A DNA stretch of 64,000 nucleotides from Eubacterium sp. (GCA_017430325.1 JAFRNE010000002.1:2386-66385), one strand, 5' to 3'. Counted from the stretch's first letter, positions 51,229-62,002 are shown. Made by a program: numbers and translations. Notes: a model not told the origin generated them from the letters alone.

Positions 51229-51482
51229 GAATATACTTCAAATGCCTCATTCCGTCTCTGACGGTGCGGAGCTTTGAGCGTCTGGAAACCTCGCAGCGGC
51301 GCAGCTTTACCGGCACCTGTCCGATCCGAAGCCCATTACGTACAGCCTCCGCGACAAACTCGGTTGCAAATTCCATACCTGTTGTCCGAAGCCTCATCAA
51401 CGCAGCTTCCAACTGTCTTCTCCTCATTCAGACACGGCATCACGATAGAAATATCAAGCTCTTCTCTTCTTCTTATTTTCAT
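51218..51482 (-). pseudogene. Internally deleted, frameshifted paralog of the GT2 at 47749-48444
   Basis: MKIRRREELDISIVMPCLNEEKTVGSCVDEA joins out of frame to LRTTGMEFATE; about 145 codons are missing. Confidence 0.85.
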
Positions 51483-51909
51483 GCTTCAGAAGCCCCCAGT
51501 CTATTATTTCTCCCATGATGAGAGTCACTGCCAGCACCGTCACGATCAGCGTTCTGAAGGTGAAGAAATAGTGCAAATACGCATGATTATGCAGCACCAG
51601 GTATCTTACGAATGGGATCACAGCTATCACCGCATAGATAAATACAGCTGTCCGCCTGACAGTCTTCTTCTTGTAAACGTAGCACAGATACAGCACTGCC
51701 AGAATCATAACAAACCCGATAAATACACCAAAGCCACCGAAGTTCCACGGCAGAAGTGCGGTTATATTTTTTGTGAGAGCACCCTTCAGAAAGTCCCACT
51801 TTTCGAGTCCGACATATCCGCTGATCCTCTCCTCGAGATTCTCCTTAACATACGGAATAACACTCTCTCCGAGCACTATGCTTGCAGTGATCCATTTCGT
51901 GCGCCACAT
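51454..51909 (-). pseudogene. 5'-truncated paralog of the membrane protein at 48416-49714
   Basis: Only the C-terminal ~150 aa remain (about 60-65% identical by eye); no RBS and no upstream coding continuity. Confidence 0.8.
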
Positions 51910-52046
51910 ACATTTTTGTGTGATTTTATGTATGAATTCCCATCTTCCTTGTGGTAAAATACAGGCACTACACTTACACCGCCCCGGACACGCAGCCGGT
52001 CCCGGAATGATATATGTTATGCAACACCCACGAAAGGAACACCTTT

Positions 52047-54938
52047 ATGAAAAAGATCGCCGATTTTCTCGTTAAAACACGATATATCCTGCTTACAGTT
52101 TTTCTGCTTTTTGCAGCCGCAAGCTTCTTTCTGATGGACAAGGTCAACATCAATTACGAAATGTCCAAATACCTTCCGGACTCTTCCAGGATGAAGGAGG
52201 GTACCGATATACTCGCAGAGGAATTCCCGGATATGACCGAGCCGAGCGGCGTCAGAGTCATGTTCGACAACCTCAGTGACACCCAGAAGCTGAACGTCAA
52301 GACTCAGCTCGAGGCTATCAAATACGTTGATTCCGTGACCTACGAGCCGGACAGTATTTACTACAACAAGGACAACCACACTCTCTACATCCTTGAGTCG
52401 AAATACGACTACAACACCGACGAATTTAAGAGCATTCTGGCCACCCTCGATGAGGATTTTATCGACAGCTACGACGCTGTTTATTCATCAAACGAGGCAG
52501 GTTCAGGCGCGCTTCCGACCTATATCGTGGCAGGCGCCGTTGCCATTCTCATGGTGATCCTTATCCTCATGTGCAACTCATGGGTTGAGCCTTTCCTTTT
52601 CCTTTTCTCGATCGGACTTGCCATCCTCATAAATATGGGCACAAATGTATTCCTTCCAAGTGTTTCAAATACAACACATTCCATCACCGCGATACTTCAG
52701 CTTGTTCTCGCGATGGATTACTCCATAATTCTTTCCAATCGTTACCGTCAGGAGAGAAAGCGTCTGGCGGCGAATTTCAGCAGCACCGCAGTCGCAGTTC
52801 AGGCCTCTGCACAAACTGTTATATCACAGACTGACACCGCTCAGACTGACCCACAGACCACTGCAGCTCATCCGGCTGATGCAGGAAAAACTATCGCCGG
52901 TATGCAGGACGTTGACCCTCGCGAAGCAATGAGAAATGCCATCCGTTCTGCCATCCCTTCGGTATGCAGCTCATCGCTCACCACAATCGTTGGTCTTCTG
53001 TCACTCTGCTTCATGAATTTCAAGATTGGCGCCGACCTCGGCGTGGTTCTTGCGAAGGGCGTATTTATCAGTCTTCTCTGCGTATTTACGGTTCTTCCGG
53101 GACTTATCATCCTCTTCGACAAGCTTATCAAGAAGACCGCCAAGAAGAGCCTGACCGTTCCGACAGGCGGCCTTGCACGCTTTGAGTTTTCTGCAAGGAT
53201 TGTTATCGCTATACTTTTCATTTTTGTATTTGCGGGTGTATTTATCGCCAAGGGAAATGCGAAGATCACCTACGGTTCGCCGGCTAATCAGGATGCGGTG
53301 AACAAGGTCTTCCCGCGCGACAACCGCTTCGTCCTCCTCTACAGCAATTCTGACGAGGACAAGATGGAAGACATGGTTGAGATCATGAGCACCAAGGATG
53401 GTGTAACCGCCGTAAATACCTACTCAAATACCCTCGGCAGCAGAATGGACGCCGACACAATGTTTGGATACATTAGCAGCATGATGGGGCTTGACGGTTC
53501 CGAAAGCAGTTCTTCACCTCTCGGCGACTTCACACTTGATGCACAGATGGTGCGTTTCCTTTACTACGACCACTATTCAAGCCGTTCCGACGAGAGGCTT
53601 ACTCTCGAGGAGTTTATCGGCTTTGTTAACAGCGCGATCCTTTCGAATCCGCTCTATGCTTCACAGCTGGACGAGGCATCACTTAAGGCTCTTAAGGAAT
53701 TCGGCCCTCTCTGCAGCAAGGCCGCTCTCACAAGTGACAGAACCCCTGCTGAGATTTCCGCAATGTTCGGCATAGACCAGGATGCTCTGAAGCTCCTTAT
53801 GACTTACCTCAACGTAAATACCATCAGCATCGTTGAGCTGCTTGAAGGCCTGCAGCGTTCCGAGGTTCAGTTTGCACTTTCGCTTTCAAACGCTCTCGGC
53901 CAGAAGGAAAAGGATACCATCTCCTTCTATAAGAGCATCGTCGACAGCATCATGTCAGAGAAGACCTACACTTCATCTGAAATGGCATACATGCTGCTCC
54001 TCATCTCTGACCGTGCCGCAAACCCTTCATCAACCGCCATCCCAAATGTTGATGACAAGACTAAGAAATACACCGATCTTGTTTATGAACTGTATTTTTC
54101 AGACAAGAATTACAAGTCCTCATGGAAGATGACTATCGAGGAGCTTTTTAATCACGTTCTCGAATCAGAAACCTTCGATATCTTCCTTGATGACGATACA
54201 CGTACCATCCTGAACGCTGTCAGAATAGGTCTCCTTTCAGGAAAGAGCCAGCTGATCGGTAAGGATCACTCACTCTTCGTCATGAATACCATTCTTGTTG
54301 ACGGCGAAGACGAATCAATGAACTTCACAAAAGAACTTGATGAACTCTGCAGCGAAAAGCTTGACGGAGAATACTACCTCATCGGCAGCACACCTATGGC
54401 TGTTGAGATGTCAAAGTCCTTCAAGTCCGAACTGAACAAGATCACTCTTATTACCGCTATCGCGATATTTATCGTTGTTCTTGTAACCTTCAGAAATATC
54501 ATGATACCGCTGATACTCGTTCTTCTGATCCAGTGCTCTGTTTATATAACCATGTTCGTGATGAGTGTAATGGGCGCGGACATGAACTATCTTGCACTTC
54601 TCATCGTACAGAGTCTCCTGATGGGTGCAACTATCGATTACGCTATCGTATTTACGAATTTCTATATTGAGAAGCGTCTGGACAGAGGCAAAAAAGAAGC
54701 CCTGATCTCAACTTATAAAGCATCGATCAGGACTATCCTTACTTCCGGCATGATCATGGTATTTATTACCTGGATCATGGGTTATGTTTTCGAAGATCCG
54801 TCTGTCGGCCAGATCTGTCATATTATTTCTATCGGTGTAGCATGCGCTCTCGTCATGATACTTTTATTCCTGCCGGCTATCCTTGCCGCCTGCGACAGAG
54901 TTATCGTACCGAAGAGAGCCTCTACAGATCAACCTTAG
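52047..54938 (+). CDS. MMPL/RND-family transporter
   Basis: Two 1+5 TM halves, LAMDYSIIL and GATIDYAIV motifs, large helical insert. Start placed at 52047. Confidence 0.88.
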   Translation: MKKIADFLVKTRYILLTVFLLFAAASFFLMDKVNINYEMSKYLPDSSRMKEGTDILAEEFPDMTEPSGVRVMFDNLSDTQKLNVKTQLEAIKYVDSVTYEPDSIYYNKDNHTLYILESKYDYNTDEFKSILATLDEDFIDSYDAVYSSNEAGSGALPTYIVAGAVAILMVILILMCNSWVEPFLFLFSIGLAILINMGTNVFLPSVSNTTHSITAILQLVLAMDYSIILSNRYRQERKRLAANFSSTAVAVQASAQTVISQTDTAQTDPQTTAAHPADAGKTIAGMQDVDPREAMRNAIRSAIPSVCSSSLTTIVGLLSLCFMNFKIGADLGVVLAKGVFISLLCVFTVLPGLIILFDKLIKKTAKKSLTVPTGGLARFEFSARIVIAILFIFVFAGVFIAKGNAKITYGSPANQDAVNKVFPRDNRFVLLYSNSDEDKMEDMVEIMSTKDGVTAVNTYSNTLGSRMDADTMFGYISSMMGLDGSESSSSPLGDFTLDAQMVRFLYYDHYSSRSDERLTLEEFIGFVNSAILSNPLYASQLDEASLKALKEFGPLCSKAALTSDRTPAEISAMFGIDQDALKLLMTYLNVNTISIVELLEGLQRSEVQFALSLSNALGQKEKDTISFYKSIVDSIMSEKTYTSSEMAYMLLLISDRAANPSSTAIPNVDDKTKKYTDLVYELYFSDKNYKSSWKMTIEELFNHVLESETFDIFLDDDTRTILNAVRIGLLSGKSQLIGKDHSLFVMNTILVDGEDESMNFTKELDELCSEKLDGEYYLIGSTPMAVEMSKSFKSELNKITLITAIAIFIVVLVTFRNIMIPLILVLLIQCSVYITMFVMSVMGADMNYLALLIVQSLLMGATIDYAIVFTNFYIEKRLDRGKKEALISTYKASIRTILTSGMIMVFITWIMGYVFEDPSVGQICHIISIGVACALVMILLFLPAILAACDRVIVPKRASTDQP

Positions 54939-56295
54939 GAAGAGTATCGAAGCTCTTCTGGAGCTCTTCGTCTGTTGGGATGTAGTCGCTCATCTCACCG
55001 TTATTAAACTTCTCATATGCAACCATATCGAAGTAGCCTGTTCCGGTAAGACCGAATACAATGGTCTTCTCTTCGCCTGTTTCCCTGCATTTGATCGCCT
55101 CATCGATGGCAACTCTGATAGCATGGCTTGATTCAGGCGCCGGAAGGATACCTTCAACTCTTGCGAACTGAGTAGCAGCTTCAAATACAGCTGTCTGCTC
55201 AACGCTTCTTGCCTCCATATATCCATCATGATAAAGCTGTGAAAGGATAGGGCTCATTCCGTGATATCTGAGACCACCTGCATGGTTTGCGGAAGGAATG
55301 AAGTTGCTGCCGAGAGTATACATCTTGGCAAGTGGACAAACCTTTCCTGTATCGCAGAAGTCATATGCAAACTTACCTCTTGTGAAGCTTGGGCATGATG
55401 CAGGCTCAACTGCGATTATCTGATAATTGTTCTCTCCACGGAGCATCTCGCCGATAAATGGTGATACAAGACCGCCGAGGTTTGAACCGCCTCCTGCACA
55501 GCCGATGATCATATCAGGCTTGATGTTGTATTTATCAAGTGCAGCCTTTGTCTCAAGACCGATAACTGTCTGGTGAAGAAGTACCTGGTTGAGAACGCTG
55601 CCGAGAACGTATTTGTAACCGTCAAGCTTCATCTCAGCTTCAACAGCCTCGGAAATAGCACAGCCAAGGCTTCCTGTTGTTCCCGGATGCTCAGCAAGGA
55701 TCTTTCTTCCGATCTCTGTTGTCTCACTTGGTGAAGGAGTTACTGTGGCACCATAGGTGCGCATAACCTCTCTTCTGAAAGGCTTCTGCTCATAAGAAAC
55801 CTTAACCATGTAAACCCTGCAGTCAAGTCCGAGATATGCGCATGCCATTGAAAGCGCTGTACCCCACTGACCTGCACCCGTCTCTGTAGTCACACCCTTA
55901 AGGCCCTGCTTCTTTGCATAATATGCCTGAGCTATGGCAGAGTTAAGCTTGTGGCTTCCGCTGGTATTATTTCCCTCGAATTTGTAATAGATCTTTGCCG
56001 GTGTCTTAAGCTTCTCCTCAAGGCAGTAAGCTCTGACAAGCGGTGATGGACGGTACATCTTGTAGAAACCAAGTATTTCCTCAGGGATTGGGATATACTG
56101 TGTTGTATCGTCAAGCTCCTGAGCGATAAGTTCATCGCAGAAAACTCCTGCAAGCTCCTCAGCAGTCATTGGCTGAAGTGTGCCCGGATTGATAAGCGGA
56201 GCCGGCTTGATCTTCATGTCCGATCTCACGTTATACCATGCTTTAGGCATCTCGCTTTCTTCAAGATATATCTTGTAAGGTATGCTATTTTCCAT
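54922..56295 (-). CDS. TrpB-like PLP enzyme (TrpB2), stand-alone
   Basis: YRPSPLVRA, GSHKLNSA, TETGAGQWG, CAGGGSN, HAGGLRYHG, PAPESSHA. Start placed at 56295. Confidence 0.93.
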   Translation of the reverse strand: MENSIPYKIYLEESEMPKAWYNVRSDMKIKPAPLINPGTLQPMTAEELAGVFCDELIAQELDDTTQYIPIPEEILGFYKMYRPSPLVRAYCLEEKLKTPAKIYYKFEGNNTSGSHKLNSAIAQAYYAKKQGLKGVTTETGAGQWGTALSMACAYLGLDCRVYMVKVSYEQKPFRREVMRTYGATVTPSPSETTEIGRKILAEHPGTTGSLGCAISEAVEAEMKLDGYKYVLGSVLNQVLLHQTVIGLETKAALDKYNIKPDMIIGCAGGGSNLGGLVSPFIGEMLRGENNYQIIAVEPASCPSFTRGKFAYDFCDTGKVCPLAKMYTLGSNFIPSANHAGGLRYHGMSPILSQLYHDGYMEARSVEQTAVFEAATQFARVEGILPAPESSHAIRVAIDEAIKCRETGEEKTIVFGLTGTGYFDMVAYEKFNNGEMSDYIPTDEELQKSFDTLPKVDL

Positions 56296-56523
56296 TGAAA
56301 AATCCTCCTCAAAATAAACTGAGACATATTGTACAACACCCACTGTCTATATGTCAAAATATTTGCCATTATCCCCCTAATATGGTAAAGTGATATGTGG
56401 GGGTTTCTATATTTTTCTACTACTGTTTTTGCCCATGAAACCTCTATAAAACAGACAACCTTTTGTGGCTGTCAGGATCCTTTTCGGCGGCCGAAATATA
56501 CAAAACAGAGTGAGGGTGAAAAT

Positions 56524-58122
56524 ATGAGGAAGAACAGATTCAAACTATTATTAGTATCAGCCATGCTGGTAGCAGGAATGACTGCCTGCGGTAAAAAAGA
56601 CGACAAAAAGGAAGATACAACAACCGCTACAGCTACGGAAACTACTGTAGATCCAACCACTGAAGCAACATCCAATGATACTGCTACAGAAACAACAACC
56701 GAAGCTTCAACAAGCGATACACAGACAACCCAGAGCGGTATCAATACAGGCGGCAACGGTATCTCAACCTCAGGCTTTAATATTGGTAATTCAGGAAATA
56801 TCAGTAACAACGGCCTGACCATGAATAACATCGGCGATATCAACAATGGACTCAACCAGGGCGGCGGAGATATCACCGTAAACGATGAGATATGTAAGGC
56901 ATATCTCGTCACACTCAAGCAGCATTCAGATGTGATAAATGCCTATACCTTCCAGTATGAAAATGCACGTGACAGCGAATTAGTTCCTGCCGACGGAGTT
57001 CCTCATCCGATCGCTTTTTCGGATGTTAACGGCAGCGGTGTTCGCGATCTTCTCTATATCTATTCAGACAAAGCAAATACAGCAAGGCTCAGTATCTTTA
57101 GCTTTATGGACAGTGACGCATACCAGATCTACGACGAATATATCGATGTTCAGGCCGGTGGTGCATCAAGCTACTGCCTCTTCAAGGTAAAGGGCAATGA
57201 TAACCTCTTCATTTACAGATCCTATGGTGATCAGAACTGGACCAATTCCATAAGTGAGCTTTCCTTTAAGACCTATCCGTTTACCAAGGTCCATGAATAC
57301 GATCTCAATTTCTATTACGATGAGACAACCGGTAATAATGAGATCCTCTATAAGATTGACGACAAAGATGTTACCCAGAATGAATTTCTCATAGCTACTT
57401 CAGATATCTACGATAATATCACTGAGGTTCTTCTTTATAACGGCTACCTTGACGATAATGAACTTATAGCTGCAGCAAAGGAAACCGGTCTCAACTGCCT
57501 TTCTTATGAAAATGCATGTGCTATGCTCGAAACAGGCGGTGCATCACAGAACGGCAACTTTGTCGATCCTGACGGAAATAACAATAACGATCCCGACACA
57601 GGTAACAATGGCAATGGTATCGAAGCTCTCGAAGATATACCAACACTGTATTTCTCAAGTGGTGCCGGCGGCTGGGCAACAGTCCTCGAAATCGACGAGG
57701 AAGGTACCTTTGACGGCGTATATTATGACAGCAACATGGGTGAAACAGGCGACGGTTATCCTAACGGAACCGTTTATATCTGTGAGTTCAGCGGACAGTT
57801 TACTGATATAAAGAAGGTATCGGATTACGAATACACAATGAGAATGCAGAGCTTTACTCCTTTCTATGATGCAGGTCAGGAATGGATAGCTGATGACGTA
57901 CGTTATGTTGCAGCTGCTCCTTATGGACTTGAAACCGATACAACTACCGTTTATACACTCTACCTTCCTGGTGCAGACACCAGTAAGATGTCAGAGGATT
58001 TCCTCTCATGGGTTGGCGCTCCGCTTGCAGTCGGTGTCGATGAGATCCCGAATCCGTTCCCATACTACGGTCTCTACAATCCAACCTCAGGCACAGGCTT
58101 CTGGGGCGATGACGGAGAGTAA
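56524..58122 (+). CDS. Lipoprotein with Thr-rich and Asn/Gly-rich linkers and a conserved C-terminal FSSGAGGW domain
   Basis: Lipobox MTAC; start 56524 after GAGG; low-complexity linkers; function unknown. Confidence 0.75.
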   Translation: MRKNRFKLLLVSAMLVAGMTACGKKDDKKEDTTTATATETTVDPTTEATSNDTATETTTEASTSDTQTTQSGINTGGNGISTSGFNIGNSGNISNNGLTMNNIGDINNGLNQGGGDITVNDEICKAYLVTLKQHSDVINAYTFQYENARDSELVPADGVPHPIAFSDVNGSGVRDLLYIYSDKANTARLSIFSFMDSDAYQIYDEYIDVQAGGASSYCLFKVKGNDNLFIYRSYGDQNWTNSISELSFKTYPFTKVHEYDLNFYYDETTGNNEILYKIDDKDVTQNEFLIATSDIYDNITEVLLYNGYLDDNELIAAAKETGLNCLSYENACAMLETGGASQNGNFVDPDGNNNNDPDTGNNGNGIEALEDIPTLYFSSGAGGWATVLEIDEEGTFDGVYYDSNMGETGDGYPNGTVYICEFSGQFTDIKKVSDYEYTMRMQSFTPFYDAGQEWIADDVRYVAAAPYGLETDTTTVYTLYLPGADTSKMSEDFLSWVGAPLAVGVDEIPNPFPYYGLYNPTSGTGFWGDDGE

Positions 58123-58138
58123 TTATTAAAACAACATT

Positions 58139-58222
58139 ATCCGGGAATGATACCCAGGAATACAATGACATGATCCGGGTTATGATATAAATACATAATT
58201 GATCGATCCGGGTTATGATATA
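58139..58222 (+). repeat. Phased direct repeats upstream of the EAL gene
   Basis: GATCCGGGTTATGATATA at 58172 and 58205 (33-bp period), plus a degenerate ATCCGGGAATGATA at 58139. Confidence 0.65.
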
Positions 58223-58300
58223 CAGAAATAATATTTAACAGGAAGTACCAGTGATGAAGTAGCATATTGTTTATTGATATATGAATGTGAGGTACCGTCT

Positions 58301-60520
58301 ATGAAAAAGCTAATTGGATGGGTCCGTCAGGAATTGGGTTTTCACCGCAATTCCAACTACGAAACACAATATCTAAACGAAACAAATATCCGCACGGCGG
58401 TTTACATGTCCATCGTTGTCATCTCTCTCGAAATCTGGATGCTTATCCGTTATGTCGATAAGCGACCGGGGCTCAAGTTTATCGAGTATTTTGACGGCTG
58501 GACCAACTATCTTATCCTGCTTTCGTCAGCGGTCATCTCACTGACCTTCGCAATAAGATTCAGACTGAAAGAAAATGCTGTTGAAAGAACCAAAAGCATA
58601 TCAGGTATCATAGTCGGCATCCTGACTCTCATCCTGGATATACTTATGTTCATACGTTTTGTATATGTACGTAAAGGGATGAAATTCAGCGACCTCTTTG
58701 ACGAGGCCAAATACCTCATCATGCTTACCGTCCTCATATGCGCATATCTTATTTTTGAATTCTTCTTTGCATCAGTAAGCCATCGCAAAGCTGCTATCTA
58801 CGGTCAGTTTCTGAACGTAATATTTGCACTGATCTGCCTTGGTTTCGGTATCGAAACCTCAGTATATGATGTTTCAAGAGAGCGACAGATACTCTGCTTC
58901 GTAACCATGGTCATCTATGCAGCCTGTCTCCTTATCTGGAAGCCTTACGTTTCCATCATCATTCTGAGTGTGGCTTTCACATATTTCTACAAAGACTGGA
59001 AGCCTATCATGAAGGCTTACGATTCACCATATGCTGAGAAGATCATGGAAGCAAACCAGATCAATTTCCTTACCTTCTGGATCGCACTCACCATGGTCAG
59101 CATAAGTATCTATCAACAGCGATTGGCAGAGGCCAAAAAAGATGAAAACCTTGTTTCGGCAAATGCCCGTCTGAAAAAACTTGCTGTCGAAGATGAGCTT
59201 ACAGGAATAAGCAATATCTACCAGTTCGTTCAGGATGCTGAAAGTGTCATGATGACCTCTCCCGGATCCCGCATATATCTTTTTATCAATATTGAAAACT
59301 TCAAGAATTACAACGATCAGTTCGGTTATCTTGCAGGAAACAACTTCCTCAAGAAGGTTGCACGTATCATCAAGAAAACCTTTGACGGCTGTCCCGTTGC
59401 CAGACAGGCTTACGATCATTTCGTTGTCCTTACAAAAACAGAAGATGTAGAGGCAAAGATAAAGGAGGTTCGCGAACTGATAATCAATATAAATACCGAT
59501 ATTTATATCGATGTTAAGGTCGGTTCATATACTCCTCACAAAGAAATGTCCGAAAGCACCATTCTTACCTCAGAAAGCAGTCACTCAGAAAAAGAGTTGA
59601 AGGCAGTAGGTAAACTGATCGATCCTCGTATCGCTATCGACCGTGCACGTTTTGCATGCAGTCTGCTGAAGCATAAATACGATAAGCACTATATGGAATA
59701 TACCTCCAAGCTCGATATGGATTTCCATAAGCGCCAGTATATCGTAAACAATATTGATAACGCTGTTGAAAAAGGCTATATACAGGTTTATTACCAGCCG
59801 GTTGTATGGTCGGAAAGTCACACCCTCTGCGGCTGTGAAGCTCTTGCAAGATGGGTCGATCCAAAATACGGATTCCTCTCACCTGCCGATTTTATTCCGG
59901 TACTCGAGGAATACCGCCAGATCCACAAGCTGGACAAATGTATCTGGGAAACAGTTTGCAGAGATATTCATAATGTTACGGAAAGCGGAAAACATCCTGT
60001 TCCTGTATCACTCAATTTCTCCAGACTCGACTTCGAACTTATGGATACAGTTTCAGTCCTCGAAGATCTTGTAACGAGATACCACGTAAATAAAAAAGAC
60101 CTTCACATAGAGATAACTGAAAGTGCCCTGACTGATGATATGGGTATACTTCAGAAATCAATGCAGAAGCTGAAGGAGGACGGATTCTCATTATGGCTTG
60201 ATGATTTCGGTTCAGGTTATTCATCACTTAACGTTCTTAAGGATTACAGCTTTGACGTTCTTAAGATCGATATGAAATTCCTTTCAAGCTTCGACTCAAA
60301 TGAGAAGTCCAAGATAATCTTAAATATGATCATCGACCTCGCAACAAACCTCGGAATGTATTCTCTTACCGAAGGTGTTGAAACTCAGGAGGAAGCCGAT
60401 TTCCTTGCAAGAGTCGGCTGCGGAAGGCTGCAGGGCTACTACTTCGGAAAGCCTATGCCACTGGAGCAGATAATTGAAAAAATAAATGACGGAACATATG
60501 TTATAAAGAGGCTGGTTTAA
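58301..60520 (+). CDS. Membrane GGDEF-EAL protein; degenerate GGDEF, probable c-di-GMP phosphodiesterase
   Basis: About 6 N-terminal TMs; RQAYDHF in place of GGDEF; intact EAL and DDFGSGYSS, plus EGVET. Confidence 0.9.
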   Translation: MKKLIGWVRQELGFHRNSNYETQYLNETNIRTAVYMSIVVISLEIWMLIRYVDKRPGLKFIEYFDGWTNYLILLSSAVISLTFAIRFRLKENAVERTKSISGIIVGILTLILDILMFIRFVYVRKGMKFSDLFDEAKYLIMLTVLICAYLIFEFFFASVSHRKAAIYGQFLNVIFALICLGFGIETSVYDVSRERQILCFVTMVIYAACLLIWKPYVSIIILSVAFTYFYKDWKPIMKAYDSPYAEKIMEANQINFLTFWIALTMVSISIYQQRLAEAKKDENLVSANARLKKLAVEDELTGISNIYQFVQDAESVMMTSPGSRIYLFINIENFKNYNDQFGYLAGNNFLKKVARIIKKTFDGCPVARQAYDHFVVLTKTEDVEAKIKEVRELIININTDIYIDVKVGSYTPHKEMSESTILTSESSHSEKELKAVGKLIDPRIAIDRARFACSLLKHKYDKHYMEYTSKLDMDFHKRQYIVNNIDNAVEKGYIQVYYQPVVWSESHTLCGCEALARWVDPKYGFLSPADFIPVLEEYRQIHKLDKCIWETVCRDIHNVTESGKHPVPVSLNFSRLDFELMDTVSVLEDLVTRYHVNKKDLHIEITESALTDDMGILQKSMQKLKEDGFSLWLDDFGSGYSSLNVLKDYSFDVLKIDMKFLSSFDSNEKSKIILNMIIDLATNLGMYSLTEGVETQEEADFLARVGCGRLQGYYFGKPMPLEQIIEKINDGTYVIKRLV

Positions 60521-60534
60521 CCGGCCTCTTTTTT
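60505..60534. terminator. Bidirectional intrinsic terminator
   Basis: AAAGAGGCTGG-tttaa-CCGGCCTCTTTTTT between convergent genes. Confidence 0.75.
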
Positions 60535-60592
60535 GTAATCTGCTATGCAGGATCATGCATCTAACCTCAAGTTATTATCCGGCTCCCGGCTG

Positions 60593-62002
60593 TCACATAC
60601 AATAAAAATCCACCGTTGCGAAGCTGACGATATCTCCATAGTTAAGCCAGGTCGGCGCAGTGATCCTTACAGAATTCACATAGGTTCCATTCGTTGAATT
60701 AAGATCATTTATATAATAGCCCGAACCATTTCTTACTATCTCCGCGTGACGTCTGCTGATCCCCGGAACAGCCAGACAATAATCCACCACTTCGGAAGTT
60801 CTTCCCACAACAAGCCTGTCCCCCGTTAGTAATATCTGTCCTTCCATACCGATCAGACTGAGGTCTACCGGAACCAGCCTTGTAACCTTCTCCTCAACAG
60901 TTTGCTGTGCCGGTTCCTGTACCATAAAAGCCGTATCCAACCCGGAATCATATCCACCCGATGAATAAACCTCTGTTCCGTACTTCACCGGATATAACTC
61001 CGTTTCGCATCCATTCGACGCAAAAATGTTTTCAACATCTCTGACAAAATTAACCGGTTCCTCACCGGCTGAATACACACGCATATCTTCCTCTAATTTC
61101 TCTTCCTCTCTGGTTTTTAATATCCGGTTTATAAGCACAGCAATGTATACCACAGCTACAGCCATTACTATCTTCAGGCCGGAAAGACCGTAGGTTATCG
61201 CGATCATCACACCGACCGCTGCAATAACTCCTCCTACACAATACATCCCGATATTATTTATCTTTTCAGCTTCGTTGCTTTTATGTGTCACACCCCCTCG
61301 ATCTTCGTCAACTGCTTGAGTTGGTTTTACTTTTATAGTTTCGCTACTTAATAAACAATCCCCGTTGACTCCTGCAGTTTCACGTTCTGTTTCCGCCTGA
61401 CCGCACATACAACTTACAGCAGTATATCCCCCTGTTTCAAATCTGCCGCCCATACTGTATCCATCAGCACCCTGCATGATCCCCAGAAATGATTCCGGTG
61501 TGAAATTATCTCTAAGAACATTACCCGAAAAAAAGCTGTAAATAAACATCGCAGCTTCATGATCACTGTGATCCATAACCGAAAGCAGCTCTTCCATCAG
61601 GCTTCTCAGCTGCTGTGAAAAATCCCTGTATTCTCCGGGCACAAGAATAAATCTATAGTGTCCGCTGCGGTTATCGAAAAGTATATAATTCGCATCAATG
61701 ATCAGGTTCTCCGGCTTGAGCAGATACTCTTTCATTTCATTAATACAGGCTGCAAGATCGGACAGAAAGCCGAGTATTTCCCTGACCTCAAGGCTTCCTC
61801 TCTGGAGCAGCTTCGACATGATACTCATACCATCCAGCTTGCAGAGCATGATCAGCTCGCCATCCATCTCTCTGAAGCGGCTGTCGGCCAGATAAGCAAA
61901 ACTGTTATTCCTTATCATTTCTATCTGAAGGCTGTCACTTCCATCTATTCCGTGTATTTCGAAGAGATTATTCACCGAACGTGTCTTCTGCAATATCATC
62001 AT
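60593..62002 (-). CDS. Tad-locus DUF6382-like / TM / FHA protein
   Basis: N-terminus similar to 36167-37771 (LKPENLIIDANYI..YRFILVP), two TMs, FHA (VGR, ISRRHA, DLNSTNGTYVN). Confidence 0.82.
   Translation of the reverse strand: MMILQKTRSVNNLFEIHGIDGSDSLQIEMIRNNSFAYLADSRFREMDGELIMLCKLDGMSIMSKLLQRGSLEVREILGFLSDLAACINEMKEYLLKPENLIIDANYILFDNRSGHYRFILVPGEYRDFSQQLRSLMEELLSVMDHSDHEAAMFIYSFFSGNVLRDNFTPESFLGIMQGADGYSMGGRFETGGYTAVSCMCGQAETERETAGVNGDCLLSSETIKVKPTQAVDEDRGGVTHKSNEAEKINNIGMYCVGGVIAAVGVMIAITYGLSGLKIVMAVAVVYIAVLINRILKTREEEKLEEDMRVYSAGEEPVNFVRDVENIFASNGCETELYPVKYGTEVYSSGGYDSGLDTAFMVQEPAQQTVEEKVTRLVPVDLSLIGMEGQILLTGDRLVVGRTSEVVDYCLAVPGISRRHAEIVRNGSGYYINDLNSTNGTYVNSVRITAPTWLNYGDIVSFATVDFYCM

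Noticed and set aside
58139-58222. Mini CRISPR array
   Set aside because: Only two exact 18-bp repeats with a 15-nt spacer, and no cas genes.
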